The notes under the pieces: model-generated
The model's input: the letters and a program-made list of their open reading frames with translations, nothing else
Told to the model about the DNA's origin: nothing
Database searches by the model: none
Shown: piece after piece, positions 7,527 through 17,339 of the stretch
Position numbering within the stretch: the stretch's first letter is position 1
How the letters are laid out: each line of letters opens with the position of its first letter
Origin: an uncultured archaeon
GTDB lineage: Archaea; Micrarchaeota; Micrarchaeia; Micrarchaeales; CABMGC01
NCBI GenBank assembly: GCA_963704435.1
Contig: OY969902.1
Location: 820,978 to 852,977 of the forward strand
DNA length: 32,000 nt
Direction: 5' to 3'
Made by a program: the position numbers and the translations under genes

Positions 7527-9269
7527 GTGCTCATGATGGCAAGCGTGACAGTCAGAATCGCAGGCGCGAACGGCGACGGCATAGAGTCGAGCGGAGCCCT
7601 GCTCATCAAGGTGGTCAGCAGGGGCGGCCTGCACGCCTTCGGCCACCGCGGCTACCAGTCCGTCATCAGGGGAGGCCATGTCTGGTACCAAGTGAGGGTC
7701 GGCGACGAGAAGCTGCTGAGCCACGGCGAAGGGGCAGACCTGCTCGTCGCGCTGAACCAGGACGCGATAGTCCACCAGAAGGCACACCTCAACGGGAACG
7801 CGATCGTGGTGTACGATCCCTCGAAGGTGGACGCGGCCCCGCTCTCAGGAACGAAGTGCATGCTCGTCAAGCTGCCAATGCTCGAACTCGCAGCGAAGGC
7901 GGGTGGCAGCCCTGTCATGAAGAACACCGTGGCTGTGGGTGCGGTGCTGGGATTCCTCGGCGTGAGCGCGGACCTGATGGCCGAGGTGCTGAAGGACATG
8001 TTCGCGGCAAAGGGCCAGAAGGTGGTCGACGGAAATATCGCAGCCGCCGCGGCGGGCTACGGGTATGAGGGCGTCAGGCAGTCGTACCACCTGAAGGGAG
8101 ACGGCGTGCGGAGGTACGTCGTCGACGGGAATTCCGCGCTCGCGGTCGGCGCTTACGCCGGAGGATGCAAGTTCTATTCCGCTTACCCGATGACTCCGGC
8201 GAGCGGCATAATGCATTGGTTCGCGGCCCACGAGAATGTCGGAGTAATGTTCAAGCAGGCCGAGGACGAGATCGCAGCGATCAACATGGCGATTGGTGCG
8301 TCGCAGGCCGGTGCGAGGGCCATGTGCGGGACCAGCGGAGGAGGGTTCTCGCTGATGGTCGAGGCGCTCGGCCTGGCCGGAATGCTCGAGACGCCGCTGG
8401 TGGTGGTGGACTCGCAGAGGACCGGGCCCAGCACGGGTCTTCCGAGCAAGACCGAGCAGGGCGACCTGCTGTTCGCGATGCACGCATCGCAGGGCGAGTT
8501 CCCGAGGGTAGTGGTCGCGCCGAGGAGCGTTGACGAGTGCTTCAGGATAGCCGGAGAGGCGTTCAACCTCGCGGACAGGTATCAGTGTCCGGTCATCATA
8601 CTATCGGACCAGTATCTCTCCGAGCACGTGGAGACCGTGGACGGGTTCGACGGCCCGTCCGCGATAGACAGGGGCAAGATTGCCGCGCGCGGAGACGGCG
8701 AAGGCAGGTTCAAGAGGTACCTGCTCACGGAAGACGGGGTCTCGCCAAGGTCGTTCCCGGGTATGCCGGGCCTCGAGTTCCTGGCAACGAGCTACGAGCA
8801 TGACGAGTACGGCGGAGTCGTCAGCGACGTCCTGTCGGGGCTCGATGAGCACGTGGAGATGCGGAGGAAGATGCATGACAAGAGGATGAGGAAGATAGTC
8901 ACGATGCTCAGCAAGGAGAGCGTGTTCGCGCCTAGCGTCGAGAACGAGGGCGCGGACTTCTTCCTTGTCGCGTTCGGCTCGACCGCGGAGCCTGCCACCG
9001 AGGCGCTCGGCCTTCTGAAGAAGAGGGGCCTGAACGCAGGCCTGATATCCTTCAGCTACCTGATGCCGCTGGACAGGGCGAAGACGAGGGGCGTCCTGCT
9101 GGGCAAGAGGCTCATCGGAGTGGAATGCAACTCGACCGCTCAGCTCGCGCAGCTGATAATGGTGGAGACGGGCGTGGAGATGAGGGACAGGATACTGAAG
9201 TACGACGGCGAGGCGTTCACGGCCGAGGAGATCGCCGCGCGCGCCGAGGAGATCGCAGGTAGGAGATAG
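7527..9269 (+). CDS. 2-oxoacid:ferredoxin oxidoreductase, fused gamma-alpha subunit (true start probably the ATG at 7533 or 7536)
   Basis: N-terminal gamma-like domain RIAGANGDGIESSGALLIKVVSRGGLHAFGHRGYQSVIRGGHVWYQVRV. Alpha domain YPMTPASGIMHWFAAHENVGVMFKQAEDEIAAINMAIGASQAGARAMCGTSGGGFSLM. Confidence 0.92.
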   Translation: MLMMASVTVRIAGANGDGIESSGALLIKVVSRGGLHAFGHRGYQSVIRGGHVWYQVRVGDEKLLSHGEGADLLVALNQDAIVHQKAHLNGNAIVVYDPSKVDAAPLSGTKCMLVKLPMLELAAKAGGSPVMKNTVAVGAVLGFLGVSADLMAEVLKDMFAAKGQKVVDGNIAAAAAGYGYEGVRQSYHLKGDGVRRYVVDGNSALAVGAYAGGCKFYSAYPMTPASGIMHWFAAHENVGVMFKQAEDEIAAINMAIGASQAGARAMCGTSGGGFSLMVEALGLAGMLETPLVVVDSQRTGPSTGLPSKTEQGDLLFAMHASQGEFPRVVVAPRSVDECFRIAGEAFNLADRYQCPVIILSDQYLSEHVETVDGFDGPSAIDRGKIAARGDGEGRFKRYLLTEDGVSPRSFPGMPGLEFLATSYEHDEYGGVVSDVLSGLDEHVEMRRKMHDKRMRKIVTMLSKESVFAPSVENEGADFFLVAFGSTAEPATEALGLLKKRGLNAGLISFSYLMPLDRAKTRGVLLGKRLIGVECNSTAQLAQLIMVETGVEMRDRILKYDGEAFTAEEIAARAEEIAGRR

Positions 9270-9270
9270 C

Positions 9271-10134
9271 ATGGCGAACGACTACGTTTCAGAGAGAAGG
9301 CCGGTATGGTGCCCGGGATGCGGCAACTACGCGATCGGCGCAGCGCTGGCCAAGGCGCTCGCGGACCTCCAGGCAGATAGGAGCCGCGTGCTCATCGTGT
9401 CGGGCATAGGCTGCGGCTCGGAGATGCCGCACTCGTTCAGCACCTATGGCATCGACAGCCTCCACGGCAGGCTGCTTCCAATCGCCGAGGGCGCCAAGCT
9501 CGCGAACGGAGAGCTCACCGTTGTCGCATCGGGCGGCGACGGCGACTGCTACGGCATAGGCGCAGGTCACTTGATCCACGCCGCGAGAAGGAACATAAAC
9601 ATCACGCTTATCGTCAGCAACAACGAGCTCTACGGCCTGACTACGGGTCAGGCGTCCCCCACGACGAAGATGGGGACCAAGACGAAATCGACACCGTTCG
9701 GCGACATAGAGCGCCCGCTGAACCCACTGGCGCTCGCGATAAGCGCTGGCGCCACTTACGTGGCGAGGGCGTTCGCCGGGGACCCGCAGCAGATGTCTGA
9801 GCTTATGCTTAACGGCATAGGGCACAGGGGCTTCTCGATCATAGACGTGCTGAGCCCGTGCGTGACCTTCACAGGGCAGCAGGCGTATGACCTGCTCAGG
9901 AAGAAGGTCTACAAAGTCGGGCAGGACCACGACCGGTCCAATGTCGCGTCGGCGATGCAGAAGGCGCTGGAGTGCGACCTGACCGGCTGGGAGAAGGTGC
10001 CAACTGGCCTGATCTACGAGACCGAGGTACCGACGTACGAGGACCTCGACGTCGCGCTGAAGAAGGGTCCCCTCATAAGCCAGCCGCTTCCGGGAAGAGA
10101 AGACGTGTCCGCGGTCATGGACGAGCTCAGGTAG
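9271..10134 (+). CDS. 2-oxoacid:ferredoxin oxidoreductase, beta (TPP-binding) subunit
   Basis: 287 aa ORF. PVWCPGCGNYAIGAALAKAL, GIGCGSEMPHSF, HGRLLPIAEGAKLAN and the TPP motif GGDGDCYGIGAGHLIHAARRNINIT...NNELYGLTTGQASPTT. Starts 1 nt after the alpha stop. Confidence 0.93.
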   Translation: MANDYVSERRPVWCPGCGNYAIGAALAKALADLQADRSRVLIVSGIGCGSEMPHSFSTYGIDSLHGRLLPIAEGAKLANGELTVVASGGDGDCYGIGAGHLIHAARRNINITLIVSNNELYGLTTGQASPTTKMGTKTKSTPFGDIERPLNPLALAISAGATYVARAFAGDPQQMSELMLNGIGHRGFSIIDVLSPCVTFTGQQAYDLLRKKVYKVGQDHDRSNVASAMQKALECDLTGWEKVPTGLIYETEVPTYEDLDVALKKGPLISQPLPGREDVSAVMDELR

Positions 10135-10176
10135 CTCCGCAGCGCCAGCGCCAAAGTATTAAAAGCAAGGCGTTGT

Positions 10177-11181
10177 ATGAAAGGCATGTACGCCAACAAG
10201 GCGCTCGCCGTATTTTTTGCAGCGATCCTCACAATATCCCTTGCCGGTGCAGCGAATTATAGCAATACTCTAACCACTTCCTTACTTACCACAACACGCA
10301 CTACAACTTTGAATACTACCACATCGACTCGCACCACTACCATAACCACAATACCCACGACCGTCTATACGACGCTGCCTACGACATCGCGTACTACGAC
10401 CGTGAATACTACTACCATACTCCCAACATCGACTCGCACCACCACCGTCAACACAACAACCACAATCATTCCCGCAAATACCCTCCATGCAAACGCCACT
10501 ACAACAAAGACCTCTTCAACAACTTCAGCCACAACTTCCGTACGCTATAATGCAACAACCACGGTCCCTCCCAATACCAACACAATTCGCATAAATACTA
10601 CGACAATCGCGACCACCACGATACCACAGACCGCGATAGGCGCCAACTCCATTGTGATGATTACAGTGTCTCCTTCACAAGTAGGACAGACTATAATCAA
10701 TGGTTCATTCGCCGTCGAACCCACCAACTTCATCATCATCAACGGAGTTCCGACAATCACTATGTATGTGCTATACAATGGTTTGATTGTGAACACTAGC
10801 GTCATGACGCCATACCTTGAGAGGACGTTTCTGGTAAGCAACCATGTGCTCTATGTCCTGTTTGCTCCGCTCACAACTACGACCGTAAACGTTACCACCG
10901 CTTACACGACCCTTCCAACGACAACGGTACAGACTGGTCAAACCAGCGTTGTGACGACCGTGCTTCCCACCTCTACCACGGCTCCCATAACCAAGGCCCC
11001 CGTTAGCACTGTAGTGACCACCGTTCCCGCGAGTGCGGCGCAGAATTTGACTAGTTCTGTGAGGACTAGTACGATGACGACCGTGAATGCGACTAATGTA
11101 ACAGTCGCAACTTCCCCCACTTTGGGCGGAGTCTTCGTGCCGATCATAAACTTCTTCAAGAGGCTGTTTGGATTCATCTGA
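10177..11181 (+). CDS. Thr-rich, N-glycosylation-sequon-rich secreted/surface protein
   Basis: MKGMYANKALAVFFAAILTISLAGAA signal peptide, long Thr tracts, many NTT/NAT/NVT/NGS sequons, C-terminal VFVPIINFFKRLFGFI. The likely start is the ATG at 10186, which places TATA-like TATTAAAAG about 27 nt upstream. Confidence 0.8.
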   Translation: MKGMYANKALAVFFAAILTISLAGAANYSNTLTTSLLTTTRTTTLNTTTSTRTTTITTIPTTVYTTLPTTSRTTTVNTTTILPTSTRTTTVNTTTTIIPANTLHANATTTKTSSTTSATTSVRYNATTTVPPNTNTIRINTTTIATTTIPQTAIGANSIVMITVSPSQVGQTIINGSFAVEPTNFIIINGVPTITMYVLYNGLIVNTSVMTPYLERTFLVSNHVLYVLFAPLTTTTVNVTTAYTTLPTTTVQTGQTSVVTTVLPTSTTAPITKAPVSTVVTTVPASAAQNLTSSVRTSTMTTVNATNVTVATSPTLGGVFVPIINFFKRLFGFI

Positions 11182-11188
11182 TGAGGAC

Positions 11189-11809
11189 TCATCTCTGAGA
11201 CTTCGCCAGCCTCTTCTTGACGTGCTTCAGCGAGGAGAACGTGTCCCTGTCTATCTCGTTAAGCGTGAAGGAGATGCTTGCCGCCTGCTTCTTCATGTTC
11301 GGCATGACTATGTTCTCCAAGGCGTTTACCCTCCTCTTCACCTTGTCTATCTCGATGACGAGCCTCCTCAGACCCTGCTCCCTCCTCGCGATCTCCACCA
11401 CCATCCTCTTGACCTCCCCGAACGCATCCTCGACGTCGCTGACCGCGACGCTGGTCTGCAGCGCAGCCCCCTGCCGCGCGTGGCCGAACCGCTCCTCTAT
11501 GATCGGTATCCTGACGCCCATCACATTAACTATCCCGAGGCTCACCCCGCTGGTGTCGCCCATCTGCGCCGCGGCTTGCTCGAGCTCGAAGTCCCCTGAG
11601 AACGTGGACGCTATCGCGGTGGTCTTGTAGGCGGCGCCCAGCACCTCCTGCAGCCTGCCCCTGTCCGCCTCCGACTTCTGGAGGATCTTGAAGAACTCGA
11701 TGACGAGCGCCTCCCTCTTCTTCTTGAGGAGGGCGTGGCCCTTGCCCGCGAGCTTGGCGCTCTTCTTCAGGTTTATCAGGTTCATCCGCGTCGGGTTGAT
11801 CCTCGCCAT
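11189..11809 (-). CDS. atpD: A-type ATP synthase subunit D
   Basis: [40 protein letters not shown] and the conserved RRVNALENIVMP. The track start at 11905 is upstream; the ATG at 11809 shares a base with the subunit B stop codon. Confidence 0.93.
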   Translation of the reverse strand: MARINPTRMNLINLKKSAKLAGKGHALLKKKREALVIEFFKILQKSEADRGRLQEVLGAAYKTTAIASTFSGDFELEQAAAQMGDTSGVSLGIVNVMGVRIPIIEERFGHARQGAALQTSVAVSDVEDAFGEVKRMVVEIARREQGLRRLVIEIDKVKRRVNALENIVMPNMKKQAASISFTLNEIDRDTFSSLKHVKKRLAKSQR

Positions 11810-13200
11810 CACTTCTCGCCCTTGCGCTTCGGGAGGTACTTGTCGATGTATTCCTTCTTGATCCTCGTCAGTTCCTCCTCCGGCAGTCCTGACAGGAGTT
11901 CCCATCCGATCTGCAGGGTCTTCTCTATGTTCCTGTCCTCGTACTCGCCCTGGTTTATGAACCTCTTCTCGAACTCGTTGCCGAAGCCGAGGTACAGCTT
12001 GTCGCCCTCGCTCAGCGCCTCCGCCCCGATTATCGCGCTCAGGTTCCTCGCCTCCTGCGCCCTCGAGTACGCTCCGGCGAGCTGGTCCGCGACTCCCCTG
12101 TGGTCCTCCCTCGTCTTCCCTGCTCCGATTCCGCTTCCCATGAGCCTCGACAGCGACCCGATCGGGTTGACAGGAGGGTAGAGGCCCTTGTTGCCCAGCC
12201 CCCTGTCCAGGTATATCTGGCCCTCGGTGATGTATCCCGTCAGGTCGGGTATCGGGTGGGTGACGTCGTCTCCCGGCATGGTGAGTATGTTCAGCTGGGT
12301 TATGCTCCCCTTCTTTCCGCTCACGACTCCCGCCCTCTCGTATATGTTCGCGAGGTCCGTGTACATGTATCCTGGGTAGCCCCTCCTTCCAGGGACCTCC
12401 TCCCTCGCGCTCGCGAGCTCCCTGAGCGACTCGCAGTAGTTCGTCATGTCCGTCAGCATGACCAGAACGTGCATGCCCCTCTCGTACGCGAGGAACTCCG
12501 CTGTCGTCAGCGCAAGCCTAGGGGTGAGTATCCTCTCGATGCTCGGGTCGTCTGCGAGGTTGATGAACGCGACCGTCCTCTCCAGCGATCCCGTCTTCCT
12601 GAAGTTCTCTATGAAGTAGGACGCGTCGTCGTACGTGACGCCGATCCCCGCGAAGACCACGGCGAACTTCTCGCTCATGTTCTTGACCTTCGCCTGCCGC
12701 GCGATCTGAGCCGCGAGCTGGTTGTGCGGCAGTCCCGCGCCCGAGAATATCGGGAGCTTCTGTCCCCTGACCAGGGTCATCATGCAGTCGATCGTCGACA
12801 CTCCCGTCTCAATGAAGTCGCTGGGCATCTGCCTCGCCACCGGATTCATGGGCTCCCCGTTTATGTCCCTCTTCTCTCCGCCGAGCATCTCTGCCCCGCC
12901 GTCCTTCGGCTTGCCCTGCCCGTTGAATATCCTACCGAGCATGTCGTCGCTTACGTGGGTCATGAACGTCTCGCCAAGGAAGCTCACAGAGGTGGTCTCG
13001 ACGTTTATCCCGCTGGTCGGCCCGAAGACCTGCACCACGGCGTAGCCGTCCGCGCTCTCGAGCACCTGCCCGAGCTTGCTCTCCCCGTTCGCCAGGTTGA
13101 TCCTGACTATCTCGCCGTAGGCTGCGTTCCTGACGCTGCTCACCACTATGAGCGGCCCCGCCACGCGGTCAATCGTCTTGTATTCCACATCGAATTTCAT
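11809..13200 (-). CDS. atpB: A-type ATP synthase subunit B
   Basis: 463 aa. [34 protein letters not shown]-like region, [19 protein letters not shown]. Confidence 0.96.
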   Translation of the reverse strand: MKFDVEYKTIDRVAGPLIVVSSVRNAAYGEIVRINLANGESKLGQVLESADGYAVVQVFGPTSGINVETTSVSFLGETFMTHVSDDMLGRIFNGQGKPKDGGAEMLGGEKRDINGEPMNPVARQMPSDFIETGVSTIDCMMTLVRGQKLPIFSGAGLPHNQLAAQIARQAKVKNMSEKFAVVFAGIGVTYDDASYFIENFRKTGSLERTVAFINLADDPSIERILTPRLALTTAEFLAYERGMHVLVMLTDMTNYCESLRELASAREEVPGRRGYPGYMYTDLANIYERAGVVSGKKGSITQLNILTMPGDDVTHPIPDLTGYITEGQIYLDRGLGNKGLYPPVNPIGSLSRLMGSGIGAGKTREDHRGVADQLAGAYSRAQEARNLSAIIGAEALSEGDKLYLGFGNEFEKRFINQGEYEDRNIEKTLQIGWELLSGLPEEELTRIKKEYIDKYLPKRKGEK

Positions 13201-14987
13201 TCGCTCACCTTCTCCTCAGCAATGGCCTCCTCCTTCACCATCTTCCCGAACTCAGTGTCGATATCGCCGGTTACGGCCTTCGACTCGCCGTCGATCGAGT
13301 GCTCCCTGACCTCCTTCATCCTGGCCAGCCTGCCCCTTACCGCGGCCTTCATTATCTTGTCCGCGCTCACGCCCTTCCCTGCGGCATCGGCGGCCATGTC
13401 GCTGAAGTGCAGTATCGCCTTGAGCATCAGGTCCTGCTTCTTCAGGCTCGTGTACGCGTCGACCTCCTCGTACGCGTTCTGCCTCAGGAAGCTCTCCCTG
13501 AGCATCCTGCCGACCTCGAGCACTATCCTTTCGCTGTCCGGCAGCGCGTCCGCGCCCACGAGCTGGACTATATCCTTGAGGTCCGCCTCCTTCTGAAGCA
13601 GAGTCATCGCCTGCTTCCTCAGCCCGCCGAACTCCGGGCTGACGTTCTCGGAGTACCACTTGTCAAGCGCGTTGATGTAGAGCGAGTAGCTCGTGAGCCA
13701 GTTTATCGCCGGGAAGTGCTTGGCCCCGGCGAGCGACGCGTCCAGCGCCCAGAATGTCTTTATGACCCTGAGCGTGCCTTGCGACACCGGCTCGGACAGG
13801 TCGCCTCCCGGCGGCGATATGGATCCAACAACGGTTATCGATCCCATCGCGCCGCTGAGCGTCATGACCCTCCCGGCCCTCTCGTAGAACTCGGCTAGCC
13901 TCTTGGGCAGGTATGCGGGATATCCCTCCTCGCCAGGCATCTCCTCGAGCCTTGCGGATATCTCCCTCATCGCCTCGGCCCATCTCGATGTCGAGTCGGC
14001 CATGAGCGCGACGTCGTAGCCCATGTCCCTGAAGTACTCGGCCATGGTTATGCTGGTGTAGACGCTAGCCTCCCTCGCGGCCACCGGCATGTTGCTCGTG
14101 TTAGCTATGAGTATCGTACGTTCCATGAGCGGCCTGCCCGTCTTCGGGTCCTTGAGCTCCGGGAACTCGACCAGCACGTCGGTCATCTCATTGCCCCTCT
14201 CCCCGCATCCGACGTAAACCACTATGTCCGCGTCGGCGTATTTCGCTATCTGGTGCAGCGTGACGGTCTTCCCGCTCCCGAACGGGCCTGGAACGCCCGC
14301 TACGCCTCCCTTCGCGACCGGGAACAGCGTGTCTATGATCCTCTGGCCGGTCAGCAGCGGGACGTTCGCGGCTATCTTGTCCGCGAACTTCGATCCGGTC
14401 CTCACCGACCGGGTCTGCAGCATCGTTATCACGACCTTGCCCTTCGCGGTTCTAACAGAGGCGACCTCGCTCTCCACGGTGAACGTCCCCTCCCTTATGT
14501 GCTCGATCGTGCCCGAGACTCCGTAGGGCACCATTATCCTGTGCTTTATCAGCTCGGTCTCCTGCACGTATCCGAGCACCTGGCCCTCCTTGACCCTCGT
14601 GCCCTTCTTGACTCCCTTCTCGACGTGGAAGTGCCACTTCTTCTTCCTGTCTATGGCGTTTATCGCTATGCCTCGCGCTATGAAATCCCCGCTCCTGTCC
14701 CTGATGACGTCGAGCGGCCTCTGCACCCCGTCAAATATCTTCGACAGCAGGCCCGGCCCCAGCTCCACCGAGAGCGGCTTGCCCGTCGAGGTCACCTCCT
14801 CGCCCGGCCTGACCCCGCTGGTGTCCTCGTAGACCTGTATGACTGCCCTGTCCTTCTCCAGCCGTATTATCTCGCCTATGAGCTTTGCTGACCCGACCTT
14901 CACGACGTCGTACATGCTGCTTCCGAGCATGCCCTTCGCGACTACGAGCGGTCCCGCGATTCTCTCTATTGTTTCCATCATAATCAC
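13197..14987 (-). CDS. atpA: A-type ATP synthase catalytic subunit A
   Basis: 596 aa. P-loop [78 protein letters not shown]. No intein interruption is visible. Confidence 0.97.
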   Translation of the reverse strand: MIMMETIERIAGPLVVAKGMLGSSMYDVVKVGSAKLIGEIIRLEKDRAVIQVYEDTSGVRPGEEVTSTGKPLSVELGPGLLSKIFDGVQRPLDVIRDRSGDFIARGIAINAIDRKKKWHFHVEKGVKKGTRVKEGQVLGYVQETELIKHRIMVPYGVSGTIEHIREGTFTVESEVASVRTAKGKVVITMLQTRSVRTGSKFADKIAANVPLLTGQRIIDTLFPVAKGGVAGVPGPFGSGKTVTLHQIAKYADADIVVYVGCGERGNEMTDVLVEFPELKDPKTGRPLMERTILIANTSNMPVAAREASVYTSITMAEYFRDMGYDVALMADSTSRWAEAMREISARLEEMPGEEGYPAYLPKRLAEFYERAGRVMTLSGAMGSITVVGSISPPGGDLSEPVSQGTLRVIKTFWALDASLAGAKHFPAINWLTSYSLYINALDKWYSENVSPEFGGLRKQAMTLLQKEADLKDIVQLVGADALPDSERIVLEVGRMLRESFLRQNAYEEVDAYTSLKKQDLMLKAILHFSDMAADAAGKGVSADKIMKAAVRGRLARMKEVREHSIDGESKAVTGDIDTEFGKMVKEEAIAEEKVSE

Positions 14988-15343
14988 TTCTTGTTTTTGT
15001 CCGCAGCCATCAGGTCGATGCCGACGGCCCTGAGTATCAATTTCCTGAGCGAGTCCGCGTGGGTCTCCTTCTGCCCGTATCCCGATACCGAGATGACCAC
15101 GGGGTCGAGCGAGTTCTCTATCCTGTGGAGCAGCCTCCTGTCCTTGACCCTTGATATTGCGTCCTCGCTGGCTATTATTATGCCCACGTCCTTGCGCTCG
15201 AACAGGTCCGAGAGCAGCCTGTCCGGCTCCTCGCCCTTGCTGAGCGGGTAGGTCTCCTTCACTCCCGACAGCTTCAGGCCCAGGGACAGCAGCTGGTCCC
15301 CCACGACGACCATCCTCTTGATCTGAGAGTTCACTTGAACCAT
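14984..15343 (-). CDS. atpF: A-type ATP synthase subunit F
   Basis: 119 aa, [23 protein letters not shown]...[15 protein letters not shown], in operon position between C and A. Confidence 0.85.
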   Translation of the reverse strand: MVQVNSQIKRMVVVGDQLLSLGLKLSGVKETYPLSKGEEPDRLLSDLFERKDVGIIIASEDAISRVKDRRLLHRIENSLDPVVISVSGYGQKETHADSLRKLILRAVGIDLMAADKNKK

Positions 15344-16395
15344 GTGATCATCCTCCTTATCTCGTCGTCGCCCAGTCCGTAGCTCTTGCCCTTTATTATT
15401 ATTCTGAGCGTCGAGACCTCTATCTCCTTCAGGTACAGGAACGCGATTATCGTGCCGAACGAGAGCACGCTGTGCCTGACCGCCTTGAGAGCGTCGCGGA
15501 ACAGCTCGTTCATCATCGCGATCTCGAATATCATGAGGGACCTGCCCTTGCCAGCGGCGTACTCGGCGGCGGCCTGCTTCAGGTCGAACGCGCCAATCGA
15601 GACTGCTAGGGCGTCAACGCTCTTGGAGCTCTCGAACGCCTTGCCCAGCGCGGCTATGCCCACGCTCCCGTTGCGCACAAGGTAGCCCCGGATCTCGGAG
15701 AACTCCCTCCCGTGCCTCTTCGCGTTGAGCAGCATGAGCGCGTTCTTCAGGTCTATCCTTCTGGCGATGAGCTGCGCCGACTCCCTGTTGATCTTCCTGA
15801 GCTTCTCGATAGTCGATCCGAGCTTGGCGTAGTACGCGACGTCTATCGCGCTGTCGACCTCCATCAGGTCCTTCGACTTCCTGTAGGCGTTCAGCGCGGA
15901 CCTCATCTCCTGCTTGTATGGCGTCGCGGCCGCGAGCTTCCCTATCGCGCTCTCGATGCTGTTCGTGGCCATCGCCTCCTTGACCCTCGCCGCGCTGACG
16001 TACTTCGAGTCTATCAGGTACCGGGATATGTCATCGAATCCCTTGCCCGTGCCCATGGCGCCTATCATGAACTTCGCATTGCTCATGTCCCACACTCCGA
16101 CGATGTCGCGCACTATCTCCCTGTGCGCAGGGGGAGCGACCGCGACCAGCTTGTTCGTCTCCTTTCCCAGGCTCTTGCTCAGCGCGAAGTCTATCAGCTT
16201 GTCCATCGACTTCGTGCCCCCGAACTCCTCGACGTAGCCCTTGTAGCTGGTCTGGAGGAGCATCGCGCCCATGCTCTCCGTCTCCTTTGCTGCAAGCATG
16301 CGCTCTATCGCGTCCCTCGCGACCAGCTTGGACTCCATCGCCTTCACTCGGGTGTTGGAGTAGCCATACCTTATAGCGTCGCGGAATCCTGGCAT
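15331..16395 (-). CDS. atpC: A-type ATP synthase subunit C
   Basis: 354 aa helical protein, [29 protein letters not shown]...[30 protein letters not shown], in operon position. Confidence 0.9.
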   Translation of the reverse strand: MPGFRDAIRYGYSNTRVKAMESKLVARDAIERMLAAKETESMGAMLLQTSYKGYVEEFGGTKSMDKLIDFALSKSLGKETNKLVAVAPPAHREIVRDIVGVWDMSNAKFMIGAMGTGKGFDDISRYLIDSKYVSAARVKEAMATNSIESAIGKLAAATPYKQEMRSALNAYRKSKDLMEVDSAIDVAYYAKLGSTIEKLRKINRESAQLIARRIDLKNALMLLNAKRHGREFSEIRGYLVRNGSVGIAALGKAFESSKSVDALAVSIGAFDLKQAAAEYAAGKGRSLMIFEIAMMNELFRDALKAVRHSVLSFGTIIAFLYLKEIEVSTLRIIIKGKSYGLGDDEIRRMITWFK

Positions 16396-16401
16396 CTGTC
16401 G

Positions 16402-17082
16402 TCACTTGCGCTTGCGCTTCGGCTTGTGTTTCAAGGCCGTCTTCCTGGAAGCATTTTTCGGCACCTTCTTCTTGGCTGCCCCTTTGCCGAATTTCTTCTT
16501 CGCGATCCCTCTCTTACCGGTTCCGAAGACGCCCTTCCTTAGCGCCTCCTTCACAGTGTCGCGGTTCCTGTCGAAGAGGGTGTCCAGCGTAGCGTCTATC
16601 TTTATCCTGCCGTCTGCCGCGTAGATTACGAGCCCGTCCATCTTTCCTTGGCTGTGCCTTATCTTTCCGGCGAATCCCTTCGCGAACTTCGCGTCCCGCT
16701 TGTCCATGACGAGCGTGAGACTCTCCATCGGAGATACCTTCAGCGCCTCCTTTATCGCAGAGTCGAAGAGCCTCCCGTAGCCCTTCTCCTTGACGCGCTT
16801 GATGACGCTGCCCCTTATCCGCTCCACGAGCCCGTCGATCGTCTTCTCCCTGGCCGCGAGCAGGAGGTTACGCTCCTGCATCTCCCTCGACGACCTGTAC
16901 TCGAGGCTAAGTCTGCCGATCTCGTCCTTGAGCTCGCGCTCGAACGCCTCGTCCGCGGCATCAGCCCTGGCCTTCGCCTCTTTGACAATGGCCGCGGCCT
17001 CTCTCCTGGCCTTGGCCTCGATCTCATCGGACCTGCGCTTGGCGTCGTCCTGTATCTCCTTCTGCAGTGCATCCAACGGCAT
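16402..17082 (-). CDS. atpE: A-type ATP synthase subunit E with basic C-terminal extension
   Basis: 226 aa. IQDDAKRRSDEIEAKARREAAAIVKEAKARADA stalk helix, DTLFDRNRDTVKEALRKGVF, then a Lys/Arg-rich tail. Confidence 0.88.
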   Translation of the reverse strand: MPLDALQKEIQDDAKRRSDEIEAKARREAAAIVKEAKARADAADEAFERELKDEIGRLSLEYRSSREMQERNLLLAAREKTIDGLVERIRGSVIKRVKEKGYGRLFDSAIKEALKVSPMESLTLVMDKRDAKFAKGFAGKIRHSQGKMDGLVIYAADGRIKIDATLDTLFDRNRDTVKEALRKGVFGTGKRGIAKKKFGKGAAKKKVPKNASRKTALKHKPKRKRK

Positions 17083-17091
17083 GTACTGACC

Positions 17092-17334
17092 TTATATGCC
17101 GATGCCGAATCCCAGCATTATCAGTATCGCGATGACGAAGGCGAAGATGAGTATCGTCTCAGGGAGCACCAGAAACAGCAGCGCCCTTCCGAACTCCTCT
17201 GGCTTCTCCGCGACGAGCCCCATTCCCGCGCTGCCTATCGCGGCCTGCGCCATGGCGGTTCCTATCGCCCCTCCGAGAATTGCCAATCCTGCTCCTATCG
17301 CTGCAACCGCAGCCTCCATTCCTAGTGCTACCAT
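17092..17334 (-). CDS. atpK: A-type ATP synthase subunit K (proteolipid c, single hairpin)
   Basis: 80 aa with two TM helices; AQAAIGSAGMGLVAEKPEEFGRALLFLVLPETILIFAFVIAILIM with the ion-binding Glu in TM2. Confidence 0.93.
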   Translation of the reverse strand: MVALGMEAAVAAIGAGLAILGGAIGTAMAQAAIGSAGMGLVAEKPEEFGRALLFLVLPETILIFAFVIAILIMLGFGIGI

Positions 17335-17339
17335 TCAAA

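Noticed and set aside
7431-7787. 118 aa minus-strand ORF opposite the oxidoreductase start
   Set aside because: No homology-like motifs, and it overlaps the start of the strongly supported alpha subunit gene on the other strand.
12100-13596. 498 aa plus-strand ORF
   Set aside because: Antisense across ATP synthase subunits B and A, whose sequences are unmistakable. Low-complexity mirror protein.
13197-14987. Possible intein in the catalytic subunit A
   Set aside because: The P-loop GPFGSGKT and surrounding conserved blocks are contiguous and the length (596 aa) is normal for an intein-free subunit.
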